This document shows, in pieces, positions 24,086 to 36,200 of a DNA stretch of 64,000 nt. A program made the position numbers and the translations under genes. A model generated the notes under the pieces. That model saw only the letters and a list, made by a program, of their open reading frames with translations, was not told the DNA's origin and ran no database searches. How positions within the stretch are numbered: the stretch's first letter is position 1; every line of letters starts with the position of its first letter. The DNA comes from Macrostomum lignano (Eukaryota): assembly GCA_002269645.1 (NCBI GenBank), contig NIVC01002053.1, positions 99,837-163,836 of the forward strand, read 5' to 3'.

Positions 24086-25440
24086 AAAAAACTGCCAGTT
24101 GATTTGCTGGTTGGAGTCGTGCAGGATAAGATTTATTGAGACCAAAGCTCACTTTTATTTTTCATCGCTTAGTTTATCGGCTTTTAAAAAACTCCTCACA
24201 GTTTGCGTTTCTTAATCTCGTTCATGTTTTGTAACTTTTTTTAGATTATTTTTTATTTAACTCTTAACTTAGATTAGGGCGTCGCAGCGCCGCGCTTTGC
24301 TGTTTGTTTTATCGTAATCGATTGGCGCGTATTTAAAATCTATAGTTTTCATATGCGTTCTATTTTAGCCAGTTAATTAGTAGTGTGTATAGGACATGCG
24401 CAGGCCCAGTATGTATAGTGAGACTTAATACTAGATGTAAATAGCCTGTCCATTGCAATTTAATACCTGTGTTTACTCTTAGAATCCTGTAAATTTGCAA
24501 TATGCTTCCGAGCAGATGCATTGCCGCAATCCTGTATGATTATTACTATTGGTGATCTCTTAAATGTGCGAATCAGGGGTCGGCAGCGAACTCCGGCCCT
24601 CGGGTCTTTTTAACCTTCACTGTGACACTCTAATTGTGTGACACTAAAATTGCGACATTTCTCGTGCTATGTGACAGATTTTACGGTTCAGATCTGTATT
24701 CTTCTACTTTTCTCAGTAGTTTTAGTAAACTTAGTAAGTCTTAGTAAACTTAATTACGAGGTCTTTGTTTTATCGCTTGTTCGCTCTAGATCGACGCATC
24801 TTTGTTTTTGATGCTGATTAAAAAAAGCTTTTGCCTTCCAGAATCCTGAGTTCTTCTCTGCGTTACTTCAAGTATCTTGATGATGCTCTTTCATGCCGCA
24901 ACTATTTTAACAGCCAACCATTACATTTGACTAACTGGATATTTACAACTCAATATTAGTAAAGACTAATCAGTAGTGTTTGCTGCGCGCTATGTTTTAG
25001 ATTTAATTGGCCAGTATTCTGTTATGCTTTGTAGATTATGGACAGACGTTATAGCTTAATTTTGTGAAAACTTTTGAGTCATCATTGCTGTTTTGCTTTG
25101 TAAGCTACTCTTAGTAGCACCAAAGATATCTAACGGACGCATCTTGATCAGTGTTTTTAATCGCGTTTCGCTCATGGCTTCGTATAGAAATAGCTTAATT
25201 TGCAATAAATACTACTAACGTGTATTCGCTGCTTCTGCACTTATATTTTTAAGACTGCACTGAACTCACTGCTGTGTGAGATTGGTGAATCATATATTTT
25301 AGTCGTTGCACACTTGCCAGCCTAGCAAAGTAAAAGTTTCAAGTTGAGTCTAATTGTAGCCTAAATATTTCACTCATTTTTGTTGAGCTGCAGGAGTTCA
25401 ACTGACATTATAGAGCATCACAATCGTCATTAATGGGGGG

Positions 25441-25640
25441 GGGGTTGTAGCCTAGTAGTTAGAGCGTCGGACTCATGACCTGAAGGTTGGGGGTTCGATT
25501 CCCGATCCCAGTTTTAACAATGTGTTATCTACAGCAAGACACTTAACGCTTCAGTTCGCCCAGCTGTAAAATGGGAGCCAGCATTAGCTGGGGTAATTGA
25601 GGCTGTGTGTGGCGACCTCCAGTCCTTGGACTGAACAGCC
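25441..25640 (+). mobile_element. tRNA-derived SINE (tRNA-Met-like head, CORE-like central domain)
   Basis: A box tagcctagtagtt, anticodon-like arm gactCATga and B box ggttcgattccc, followed by gcaagacacttaac...gctgtaaaatggg, which resembles the CORE domain. gccagcattagctg recurs at ~63957-63970 and ctggggtaattgagg at ~57934-57948. Confidence 0.8.
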
Positions 25641-26330
25641 GTCAGCTGGGGGTTCAACTGACATTATAGAGCATCGCGGTGTCAGCTGGGAGCTCAACTG
25701 ATATTATAGAGCATCGCGGTGTCAGCTGGGAGCTCAACTGATATTATAGAGCATCGCGGTGTCAGCTGGGAGCTCAACTGATATTATAGAGCATCGCGGT
25801 GTCAGCTGGGAGCTCAACTGATATTATAGAGCATCGCGGTGTCAGCTGGGAGCTCAACTGATATTATAGAGCATCGCGGTGTCAGCTGGGAGCTCAACTG
25901 ATATTATAGAGCATCGCGGTGTCAGCTGGGAGCTCAACTGATATTATAGAGCATCGCGGTGTCAGCTGGGAGCTCAACTGACATTATAGAGCATCGCGGT
26001 GTCAGCTGGGAGTTCAACTGACATTATAGAGCATCACAGTGTCAGCTGGGAGTTCAACTGACATTATAGAGCATCACGGTGTCAGCTGGTGAGTTCAACT
26101 GACATTATAGAGCATCACAGTGTCAGCTGGGAGTTCAACTGACATTATAGAGCATCGCGGTGTCAGTTGGGAGTTCAACTGACATTATAGAGCATCACGG
26201 TGTCAGCTGGTGAGTTCAACTGACATTATAGAGCATCGCGGTGTCAGCTGGGAGTTCAACTGACATTATAGAGCATCGCGGTGTGAGCTGGTGAGTTCAA
26301 CTGACATTATAGAGCATCGCGGTGTGAGCT
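25641..26330. repeat. 40-bp minisatellite abutting the SINE
   Basis: Unit gtcagctgggagctcaactgatattatagagcatcgcggt. A partial unit also lies left of the SINE at ~25385-25420. Confidence 0.95.
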
Positions 26331-26456
26331 GAGGTCTAAATAGGCACAGACATAAAAATACATATGCATGTACGCGTGCACCCTACATACAGTAGCATAA
26401 TTCAATATTAACTGAGAAAACGCTAAACTACTCAGTGCAGTAAGTAGTATACAAAG

Positions 26457-26945
26457 TCAGCAAACAGCGCAGCGGCATTCGTCCCGCTCGAAGCTGCACT
26501 GCCTCCACCAGGCCTCGTCGGCGATTCGCTCAGCAGTTGTCGTTGTTGTCGTCCTCGCCAAATCGACCGCCGGTGTCCGCATGAGCAGCAGCTGCTGTTG
26601 CTGCTCCCAGTCGTAGCAGCATCTCCGGTTGGTCCGGCACCAGACCAGGCCGCACCACACGGAGCCGCAGGCGGCCAGGCCAGTGCCAATCAACAGCGCC
26701 CAGACTCCGGCCAAGCGGTAGCGCGCGGCTGTCGGCCGACCGGCGGCGTGCAGCAGCTCGGCCCGGTAGAGGCAGCTGCCGCCCGCTACTATGAGCACCG
26801 CGCCAAGCAGCGCCAGGGTCAGGCATTTCGTGTACTGGCGCCGCCGGCTGAGGACATTGGCGCTGGCGCACCGGCGCTCCTGGCAACGCCGCGTATGGCG
26901 CCGCTGTTGGCCTGCCGGACGCCTGCATGGACCATTAAAGTACAT
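26457..26945 (-). CDS. putative small two-transmembrane, Cys/Arg-rich protein of unknown family
   Basis: GC-rich 162-aa ORF with an in-frame stop upstream of the ATG and two hydrophobic stretches (CLTLALLGAVLIVAGGSCLY; LAGVWALLIGTGLAACGSVWCGLVWC). No recognisable homology. Confidence 0.5.
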   Translation of the reverse strand: MYFNGPCRRPAGQQRRHTRRCQERRCASANVLSRRRQYTKCLTLALLGAVLIVAGGSCLYRAELLHAAGRPTAARYRLAGVWALLIGTGLAACGSVWCGLVWCRTNRRCCYDWEQQQQLLLMRTPAVDLARTTTTTTAERIADEAWWRQCSFERDECRCAVC

Positions 26946-27998
26946 GTAGTACTCTACACTTGCAAATAGTACAAACCCCGCCGCCGGATGCTATCCTGAG
27001 GTTTTCGCTGTGCTCAAAAAAGATGCATTAACAAGTTCAGAGGTTACGCGCTCGTACATGTTCGAGTTTTTAGTGTATTTTGTCCCATCTTCATCTTATT
27101 ACTGTTCTTTGGTAGTGTTAAAATTTTAACTTGCTTGCCTGTCTGTGCAGTGCTGCTGCTGCCGCTGACCAGTCGAACTGCTGCCGTTAACTAGCGCGAC
27201 GCCAGCTGAGTAGCCGGGCTGCAGACGAGCTCTCTGAGCACCATAATTAGCTGCTCTCACTGGCGACAGGCTGTGGAGCTGGGAGGAGACGCGGCTGGCA
27301 CCAGGCGCCCAGTGCAGCGCGGCCAGTTCGCGCTGCCGGCCCAGCTGCCTGCTGCAGTGGCAGCAGCTTCTCGTCTGGCGGCAGCGGCAACGCTGATCGC
27401 GCGGCTCGGCTGCGAGCGTCAGCTGGTGCTGCGGAAAGTCGGACGAGTTCGAGCTGGCTGCTGCATGCTTTACTGTCAAACTGCTGTTGAGCATTGTTGT
27501 TACATACAGGTTTGGATTGACTGCTGCCCGAGCTCAGTGAGTTCGACATCAATGCACAAATACTAGCCAAATCATGTAGATGCAATATGGCGCTACTATT
27601 GGCCAATTCGTCATGATAAGAAATCAAATCTCTTGTTGCTGCGCGAGGCTTCAACTGCATGAGATCTGTGGCTGGATGCTGCTGGATGGAGCGAATTGTG
27701 TAAGCAGCTAACAGAACGCCCACGCAACAGATCCGGGTTGCATGCATGCTTGCGCACAGTTTTTAATCTCCCTGCCGAGCTGAAAATGCACTGCATAGAT
27801 GTAAACTTCGCTTACTGAGATCTATCTATACATGCATGAGCAAATCTCTGCTTGCTTAGCACTCGATAGGCTGTTGCACCGACGTGTGCCTGTCTGCATT
27901 ATTTTAATGTTCTTTAATGCAGCTGTTGTAAAACTTTGTACTGTCTTAATATTAAATTGATCCAAAACTCTGTACTCGTCGCTTAGGAGGTTATCAAC

Positions 27999-28935
27999 CG
28001 GCCCCAAGCACTGAGTTTGGCGCCGGCCTCTGGCACTGAGTTTGGCGCCGGCCCCTAGCACTGAGTTTGGCGCCGGCCCCAAGCACTGAGTTTGGCGCCG
28101 GCCCCTAGCACTGAGTTTGGCGCTGGGCCCTAGCACTGAGTTTGGCGCCGGCCCCTAGCACTGAGTTTGGCGCCGGCCCCTAGCATTGAGTTTGGCGCTG
28201 GGCCCTAGCACTGAGTTTGGCGCTGGGCCCTAGCACTGAGTTTGGCGCCGGCCCCTAGCACTGAGTTTGGCGCCGGCCCCTAGCACTGAGTTTGGCGCTG
28301 GGCCCTAGCACTGAGTTTGGCGCCGGCCCCTAGCACTGAGTTTGGCGCTGGGCCCTAGCACTGAGTTTGGCGCTGGGCCCTAGCACTGAGTTTGGCGCCG
28401 GCCCCTAGCACTGAGTTTGGCGCCGGCCCCAAGCACTGAGTTTGGCGCTGGGCCCTAGCACTGAGTTTGGCGCCGGCCCCTAGCACTGAGTTTGGCGCCG
28501 GCCCCTAGCATTGAGTTTGGCGCTGGGCCCTAGCACTGAGTTTGGCGCCGGCCCCTAGCATTGAGTTTGGCGCTGGGCCCTAGCACTGAGTTTGGCGCTG
28601 GGCCCTAGCACTGAGTTTGGCGCCGGCCTCTAGCATTGAGTTTGGCGCTGGGCCCTAGCACTGAGTTTGGCGCTGGGCCCTAGCACTGAGTTTGGCGCCG
28701 GCCCCTAGCACTGAGTTTGGCGCTGGGCCCTAGCACTGAGTTTGGCGCCGGCCTCTGGCACTGAGTTTGGCGCCGGCCCCTAGCACTGAGTTTGGCGCCG
28801 GCCCCTAGCATTGAGTTTGGCGCTGGGCCCTAGCACTGAGTTTTGCGCCAGGCTCTGGCACTGAGTTTTGCGCCAGGCTCTGGCACTGAGTTTTGCGCCA
28901 GGCTCTGGCACTGAGTTTTGCGCCAGGCTCAGCTG
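27999..28935. repeat. 25-bp GC-rich minisatellite
   Basis: Unit gcactgagtttggcgccggccccta with a gcgctgggcccta variant. Confidence 0.95.
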
Positions 28936-30238
28936 GCACTGCGTTTATCACCCGGCCTCTAGCAGGACGCATGTCCCACAAGTTCCTACTTGAACTGCTG
29001 TGCAGTGATGCAAGCCCTAGTCTCAACATTCAGCAGCTATATATGATCCAACTGGAGCTGAAAGCGGCAACTGTGCTTCACAGTTTCATGTGGCACCACT
29101 AGTGTTGTCTGTCATACATCAGTTACATAATAATTAGTATAAAATGTGGATGGATAATCCATATTTAATTGTAACTATTGCGTAATCAATCCATGCACAA
29201 GGCTAGCTACAGCATACTGAGCTGCTTCAGCGCGCACTAAAGCAATTAGAAAGTGTGGGAAAATCTGCTTTTAAATCATGCAGATAGTCGCACATGCATG
29301 TAATCGTATGTGCCAACATTATACATGTAGAAACATGGAATGATGGCAGCTTTTTTGGTTGCGCCCCACCCCCTATTATCGAGTGCAATTAGATAGACTA
29401 GCTGTTAATTTCGCAATAGTCTCTCTGGAGACCCATGCACGTAGTGTTGAAAAAACGTTATTTGTAAGAACGCGATCATATTACGAAAAAATTAATTTAG
29501 TAATTAAAAAATTGCTGAGAAAACTGCCTGAAACTGTTTCAGCGCTAATTCTTTTATTGCACCTAAAAGTGTCAGGACTTTAATGTATACTTATGTTGTT
29601 ATTCATGGCGAATTGTTTCTGTTCTAAATTCTTCACTCGTAATATAGCCATGCAAAAGTTACGCAAAATATGGGACTTGAGGAATGAAGTTAGACTCAGC
29701 AACGTTAAAAAGTCGCCACTCTATGCGCCAGTGAGCAATTTCTCTTGGACTATTCTGAAATAAAAGATACGAGAAAACTGATTGGGGTAGCTTTAATCCG
29801 TCCAACCCTCGCACACCGCTCCCCCCATATGCATAATTCAGAAATATAAAACTCAATTTTCAACCTTACGGCATTTTCATGTTCCACTTTAAAAAAGCTA
29901 AATGACGATTGATTAAACACTGATAAAATTTCCATGATTAAGATTATAGGGCTACGCGTCCTTTTAACAAAACTTGAAATTTCCATTGTGTTCCGAATAA
30001 CAGGGTCTAGAGCTTATCTAAAATTGCCTAAATGACCTCTGAGTTTTAAAGAATGCATGAAAAGCCTATTACAAAAGCCTATTACAATAAAGTATTTCTT
30101 TCTTTGTGAAAGAGAATTGACAAAAATTTAAAGTACACCCACAACAATGCAAGTTTGTTTGAATGAAAGCGCTTTTCTGGAAAATGAAGTACAGATTTAA
30201 CCTATTCTCTCACGCAGTCCAAAATCCCAAATCTCGAC

Positions 30239-32629
30239 ATGCAAAACCCAGCTTTCATCCATAATTTAAGCAAGAAAGTTCAGCAAATCCAAAGTAAAAT
30301 CACAGTAGAAACAAAAAACCCTCTCTGTTCAGCATTGCCACAATTTCTTAAAGACCTGAGAAATGCCACCAGGCATGCCAGCAGAAGATATAAGATGTTC
30401 CCCACAAGTAGCAACCTCGCATCCAAAATACAGCTTAAAAAAACATATGAAAAAAGCTTGATTTCTTGGAAACATGAATCAATACTGTGTGCAGAAAACA
30501 TGATCAACCAGGCTTATATTCAAAATGATACAAGACAGCTTTGGCAATTACTGAAACCACATAACCGCCCCAATAACAATGCAGCAATTGACGAAAAATT
30601 TGTCATACACTTTCAAAATCTTGTAACTGAACAAGACAGCAGCATTAGACTAGCATACAATCTTCACCTTGACAACCCTATTCTGACTAATTTAGAGGAT
30701 TTCAATGCCCCATTCACCAAAGAAGAAGTTATAAAACATATTAAAAAGCTCAAAACCGACAAAGCACCTGGGCATGATAAAGTATATGTAGAAACACTCA
30801 AATACCTTGAAAACGAACTTACTGACCTCCTATGCTCACTTTTCAACGAAGCACTCAAACAAGGAACCTTTCCAACTAGTTGGATTACAAATACTCTTCA
30901 TCCGATTTATAAAAACAAAGGCAGCAGTGCCGACCCCAACAATTACAGAGGAATCTGCATTCAACCAATTTTTGGCAAGCTCTTTTGCCAAATTATTAAA
31001 TCCAGACTTGAAAACCTAGCATACGCTAACAATCTTATATCAAAATACCAATACGGTTTCAAGCCCAATCACAGCACAATCGACCAATGTTTTAATCTTT
31101 ACAACATTATAAACCAGTCCATCTACAACAAAAATGAACTCTTTATCGGTTTTGTTGACTATGAAAAAGCCTTCGATAGCTTAAATCAACCGACCCTTTG
31201 GCACAAAACGGATAACCAAGGTATTAAAGGTCAAATGACAGAACTTATCAAGAACATGCATAAAAATGCCTGTTTCATTCTAAAGAAAGATGATGATGAT
31301 GATGAAACCCAGCCAATCCCAATATCTAAAGGTGTTCTTCAAGGTAACCCTCTCTCTACCATCCTTTTTGAACTATATATTGACGACATTGTTGAATATC
31401 TTGAACTCTCTAGCGCTAGGCGCTCTCTTACGAGATCTGCTTTCCCACTCATCCTGCTCTTTGCGGACGATCAAGCCATTCTAGCTAAAAACAAAGATGA
31501 ACTTCAAGACACATTTACAACTATGGAAAATTACTGCAAGCAAAACTACTTGAAAGTTAATGCAAGCAAAACAAAGTTTATGCAGGGCAGTACCAGACAA
31601 AAAAATGACACAGAAAGTTTTGCTACAAAAATAATCTACGACAACCAAGAAATAGAGGAAGTAAATGAATTTAAATACCTGGGAATTATTTTTGAACCAA
31701 AAAACAGCTTTAAAAAATGTATTGAACATCAAACTAAGCAGGGTTATTCAGCTATGTTTTCCCTACTCCACAAGGTAAAAAATACGTCCCTGGACATCAC
31801 ACTCATTCGCAGACTATTCGACGCGCTTGTCACCCCCGTTATCACGTACGGCTGTGAGCTCTGGGGCCCTCTGGCTACCATTTCTGAAACAAAAGCTATT
31901 GATAACATTCAGCTGAAATTCTACAAATATCTCCTCAATCTACCAAAATTTGCTAGCAACAGTGTGATATCATCAGAACTTGAGCTTACTCCAATCTCCC
32001 AACGAATTGCTAAAACCTATCTTACCTACTGGCTGAAGATTAGACATCAAAAACTTTGCCAAACGACACTAGAAATTTTCTACTCAAACACCAGCCAAAA
32101 AAATCCATGGAAAACAAATATACTAAAGAAACTGGAAAGTATAGACTTAAAAGCACTAACTGAAGATAAACTTTCCCAAAGCTTTAATAACGAGAAATAC
32201 CTAGTGAAAAAGCACCTCAAGATACACAGAGAAAGAGAACTTAGCCAAAAGCTAGAGAATCAGCAACATATTAAACTCTATAAAAACGCCTATCTCTACA
32301 AAAAAATCTGCAGGCCTGACCTTTCAGATTACTTTCCATGCACTTTTAGAAACAAAAAATTCCTAACAACCCTCCTAAAACTGAAATGCGAAATTACACC
32401 CAACATTTTCTCTCATGAACCATGTAGACTGTGTGGAGCGAGAAATGGTTCCGATATCCTACACTACTTGACCGAATGTCCACAAACCGAAAAGTTCAGA
32501 AAAAAATACTTCTGTCAGTACCTCCTAAATGACAAGCAAGTACACAAGTTAGGATATGCTACAAATGAAAAAAGAGTCAGAAAAGAGCTCACTGGTGTAG
32601 CTAAAATATATGAAGTCATGAATAGCTAA
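30239..32629 (+). mobile_element. intact 796-aa non-LTR reverse transcriptase ORF lacking an endonuclease domain
   Basis: KAPGHD, PIYKNKG..DPNNYRGI, QYGFKPNHST, FVDYEKAFDSL, GVLQGNPLSTILF, LLFADD, FKYLGI, LVTPVITYGCELWG and a C-terminal CRLC...H...C knuckle. In-frame stop at 30185; no APE motifs seen upstream. Confidence 0.92.
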
Positions 32630-33223
32630 AACAGTTATGCAAACTGAAACAGACATATCAGCAGTGAAATAAATCCGCCTTTCCCATTTTTAATTTCCTA
32701 CTTAATTAGCACTTAATTAGTATTTAATTAGTTTCCTATCTAATACCTATTTAAATCGTCGTCATTCGCTTAACGTAAAGTCCCTTCGAAGTTCGTTTTT
32801 GTTCATTTTTCTTTCGTTTTTACTTTTATTAACTGCAATACTTTTTTTAACTCCTTGCTTTTTCTTTCGCTTCGTTAGTCGTCCAAGTATCGTTAATAAC
32901 TTTTCCGCGTTCTTTCAAATACCATTTTGCAAAACTCGTACTAATCATAATTAAATAACTAGTGCTAAAATATTGTCTCCTATTCCTGAAGCAATCTTAA
33001 ATACATAGAAATATATTGGCCAAACAGGCTTCTTGCCTGAGCCAACTTACTACTACTACTACAAAATTTTGATATTGACCGAACTATCAATAGATAGTTA
33101 CTTAATTAATTTCTAGTAGCTGGCCCTCGCTTTTCAACTTTTCAAACGATAATAATAGTTTCAACCAGTGCACGAGGATCAACAAAGCATCATTCATATC
33201 GTATACTCGCTTTAACAGTTAAT

Positions 33224-36200
33224 ATGAAGAAAAAGAATCAACTGATGTCAACCAACAGACCGAGCCTGGCTGATGATATTGCTCAGCAAGACCAGCCTAC
33301 TCAGAAATCTGGACGAAAACGTAAACTAAATGAAGATGATGGTCCTGTATCTATAAAAGTAAGTAAAAAGCTGAACAGTGAAAGAAGAGTGTTCTCATCA
33401 CAGACACAGACACAGTTATTTATTGTATTAAGACCTAGCTTCAGCAGTTAGCAAGTTGTGAACTGCCATATTATATTGGTTTGATTGAACGCTTTGTTAA
33501 GGCTAAGCCCATAATAATTTAAATTTAATAGGGCAGGGCATTATGAGCCTATAACAGAACTCAAAACTTTATCCTTTAACATTAGAGTAAATGTGATTTA
33601 TGTTTTTGTTATAGCTTAAATGCCTTAGGCCTAATATTAGAATATCAATTAACATACACACACATATATAGTTTTCATTTTTAGTATATCTGATTCATAG
33701 TAAATGTTAATTTAATGGGCCTATATAAATCTGGATCATTTTTTAATCCTAGTCATCTTATCAAGTGCCATTTTGTAAACTTATCTACAAATAGGTTTTA
33801 GATAACTTTATTGGTCATTTTATTGTTTTAATATACATTTTTACTAGGCCTATAGAACATTTAGTTTAATCTGAACACTGAAAAGGTATATAAAAATCAT
33901 TGAGAAGGGTTCTATTGAGTCTTAAAAACTCTATATAGAGTTCTAAGTACTACAAATTAGGGGCCTAATATGTAGCTTATACAAAATGATAGTACAATGT
34001 ACATTGATTATGTATAAAAAAATTTTTTGAATTGACAGCAGTGATGAGCACTATTAAATTTATTTAACTCACACATTTTAAATGAATAAGCTAATTATGC
34101 TATTGCCAATAATTTATTTTTATTATCAATGCTAAAAAAATCCTCAAGCTGTTAAACTATCAGAGTAATAGTTGGTTGAAAGAGTTCCTAAACTACAATG
34201 CTGTTTGCCTTGAAAAACATCAAGGGCCCTTGCTACTGGGGCCATGGCCTTCTTATACTCAAGAAGGAAAGCAAGATCATCAGCTTGAAATGGTAGTATA
34301 GGATTTATTATCCCACTATCACCTTATTGATATAGCCTGTTGCTTCGCATCATCATTTAGAGAATATCAACTGAGCAGAATGTTGAATTCTTTGATTAAA
34401 TTATTAAATGAAGTCAAACGAATCAACAACTTTTTGCTAACAAATTAAAGGTAGTAAGAAAACTTTTAAAAGTCAATAACAAAAACAAGATTAATTGTTG
34501 ATAACAAAAGCAAAAAAAAGAAATTCAAATTTAATTTCGAATTTCTAAGAAAGTTAGAAACATCAGAGATTTACTATAGGTGGATTTATGTAATCTTTAA
34601 CTTATTACTCAAATAGGGTCTCGTTTTTTGTATTAAACAGTCATTAACTGTCTAGTTTTATAGCAAAAAAATATTTAGTTATGTTTGGGTAAAAATTCTT
34701 TACAATAGGTTCATTATGATTTGTAGAAAAAAATGGAAGCCAAATTTCAAACATTGATTTTGACTCTTTAGAAGAATTTATAAAGATAATTTTTGGGCAA
34801 TAGGTGTCAAAATGAATAGAAATTTTCAACCACTCAGCTTGCCACTCTACTAATACTATGTTATACTTTTATAGCAGTTATACTTTTATAATAGTAAAGG
34901 TGATACTGCTGACTCATTTAATTAGAATCAATGATAATCTTTTGGTAGCCTTAGAAATATCAGTTAGCAATTTAGAATAAGGATATCATGACAACAATTG
35001 GCTGCAATTTGATTGACACACTCTTAGAATACATTACTTGTCCTACTTAAACATATAAAATTGGCTTGCAACCAAAAATTGTCAACCAATCATGAGTATA
35101 GCATCCTGATGTATTGCTAGTGGTTCTTGCTAGAAAACTTGCAAGGAGTCAATAAGCAAGGATGTTAATTGCTTCAAACATATCTTTTTCTGCATTATTT
35201 GGGTCCCTATTGCAGCGCATGGCTTAAGTACGCCAGACGCCTACACAACCTGCGCCACGCTGTGAAATGACTTACCTGTGAAAGAAACCCTAAAGCAAAA
35301 TTAACGCAGTTTTGGGTAAACGGCAGGAGTAACTATGACTGTCTTATCAAGCCTAAATGCCTTGGCATCTAATTAGTACCGCGCCGCGCCGTACGCGCCG
35401 CGCCGCGCCGTACGCGCTGCGCCGCGCCGTATTAGATCCGCGCCGGACGCCGTCCGCCAAAATGCCCATGCGCTGCAATCAGGATTTGGGTTGAACAAAA
35501 TAATTTATAAGCAAAAGAAACAAATATAATAGTTTTCATATACCAACAAACTCCTTAATTCATGATTCTTTAATGCTTAATGCAAGCTTTAGCTTAAAAA
35601 TCAAGAACCACATAATCTATTGTCTCTTTTTTACCATTGTATAATTGTATTTTGATCAGTTTTGTGCTTTTGGGAAATATTTAATGCTTAATTGGCAGTT
35701 TAACACCTATTTTTTATTTTAAAGTACTGGAAGTACTGGCTTATCAATGGTAACTTCCATTACCAAAGTTTGTCATTCTAAAAAAAGCTAGAAAAAGTGC
35801 CACTTTAAAAGAAGCATAATTCTTAGGGCATATTGTAAACAAAACATTTAGTTGAAGGCTTTTTTTGCAGTATAATGTCTAGTGTATAGAAGAACTTTTG
35901 TTTGAATTCTAGCAATTAATTTCCCCTATTAGTGTAATAAAGTTACACTGTGCAAGTGGGGGGCACCTATTAAATATCTAAAGAATAGGCTTAGCTTCTA
36001 TGTATTTAGCACATTTCAAAGCTGCAATAAAGATTAAAAGTCATGCCAAGGAAAATTAGGGTTCATTATCAAACTTGTTTATATCTTGAATTAGACTAAG
36101 TAGATTATTTATACAAATGTGTAGTGTGATTTAATATAAGTATTGGAAATATCATTTTAGATTGGTCATAATTTTTTATGACTTATAATTGGGAGTTTCA

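Noticed and set aside
25441-25512. Functional tRNA-Met gene
   Set aside because: The acceptor stem pairs poorly and the sequence runs into a CORE-like SINE body found elsewhere in the window; it is better explained as a SINE head.
29340-30185. Endonuclease (APE) domain upstream of the RT ORF
   Set aside because: No GDFN/SDH-type motifs were seen by eye and there is an in-frame stop at 30185; a translated HMM search would be needed to exclude a highly decayed remnant.
35314-35377. rRNA gene
   Set aside because: Only ~64 nt, mutated in a universally conserved region and enclosed by TIRs and a TSD; reported as a captured fragment instead.
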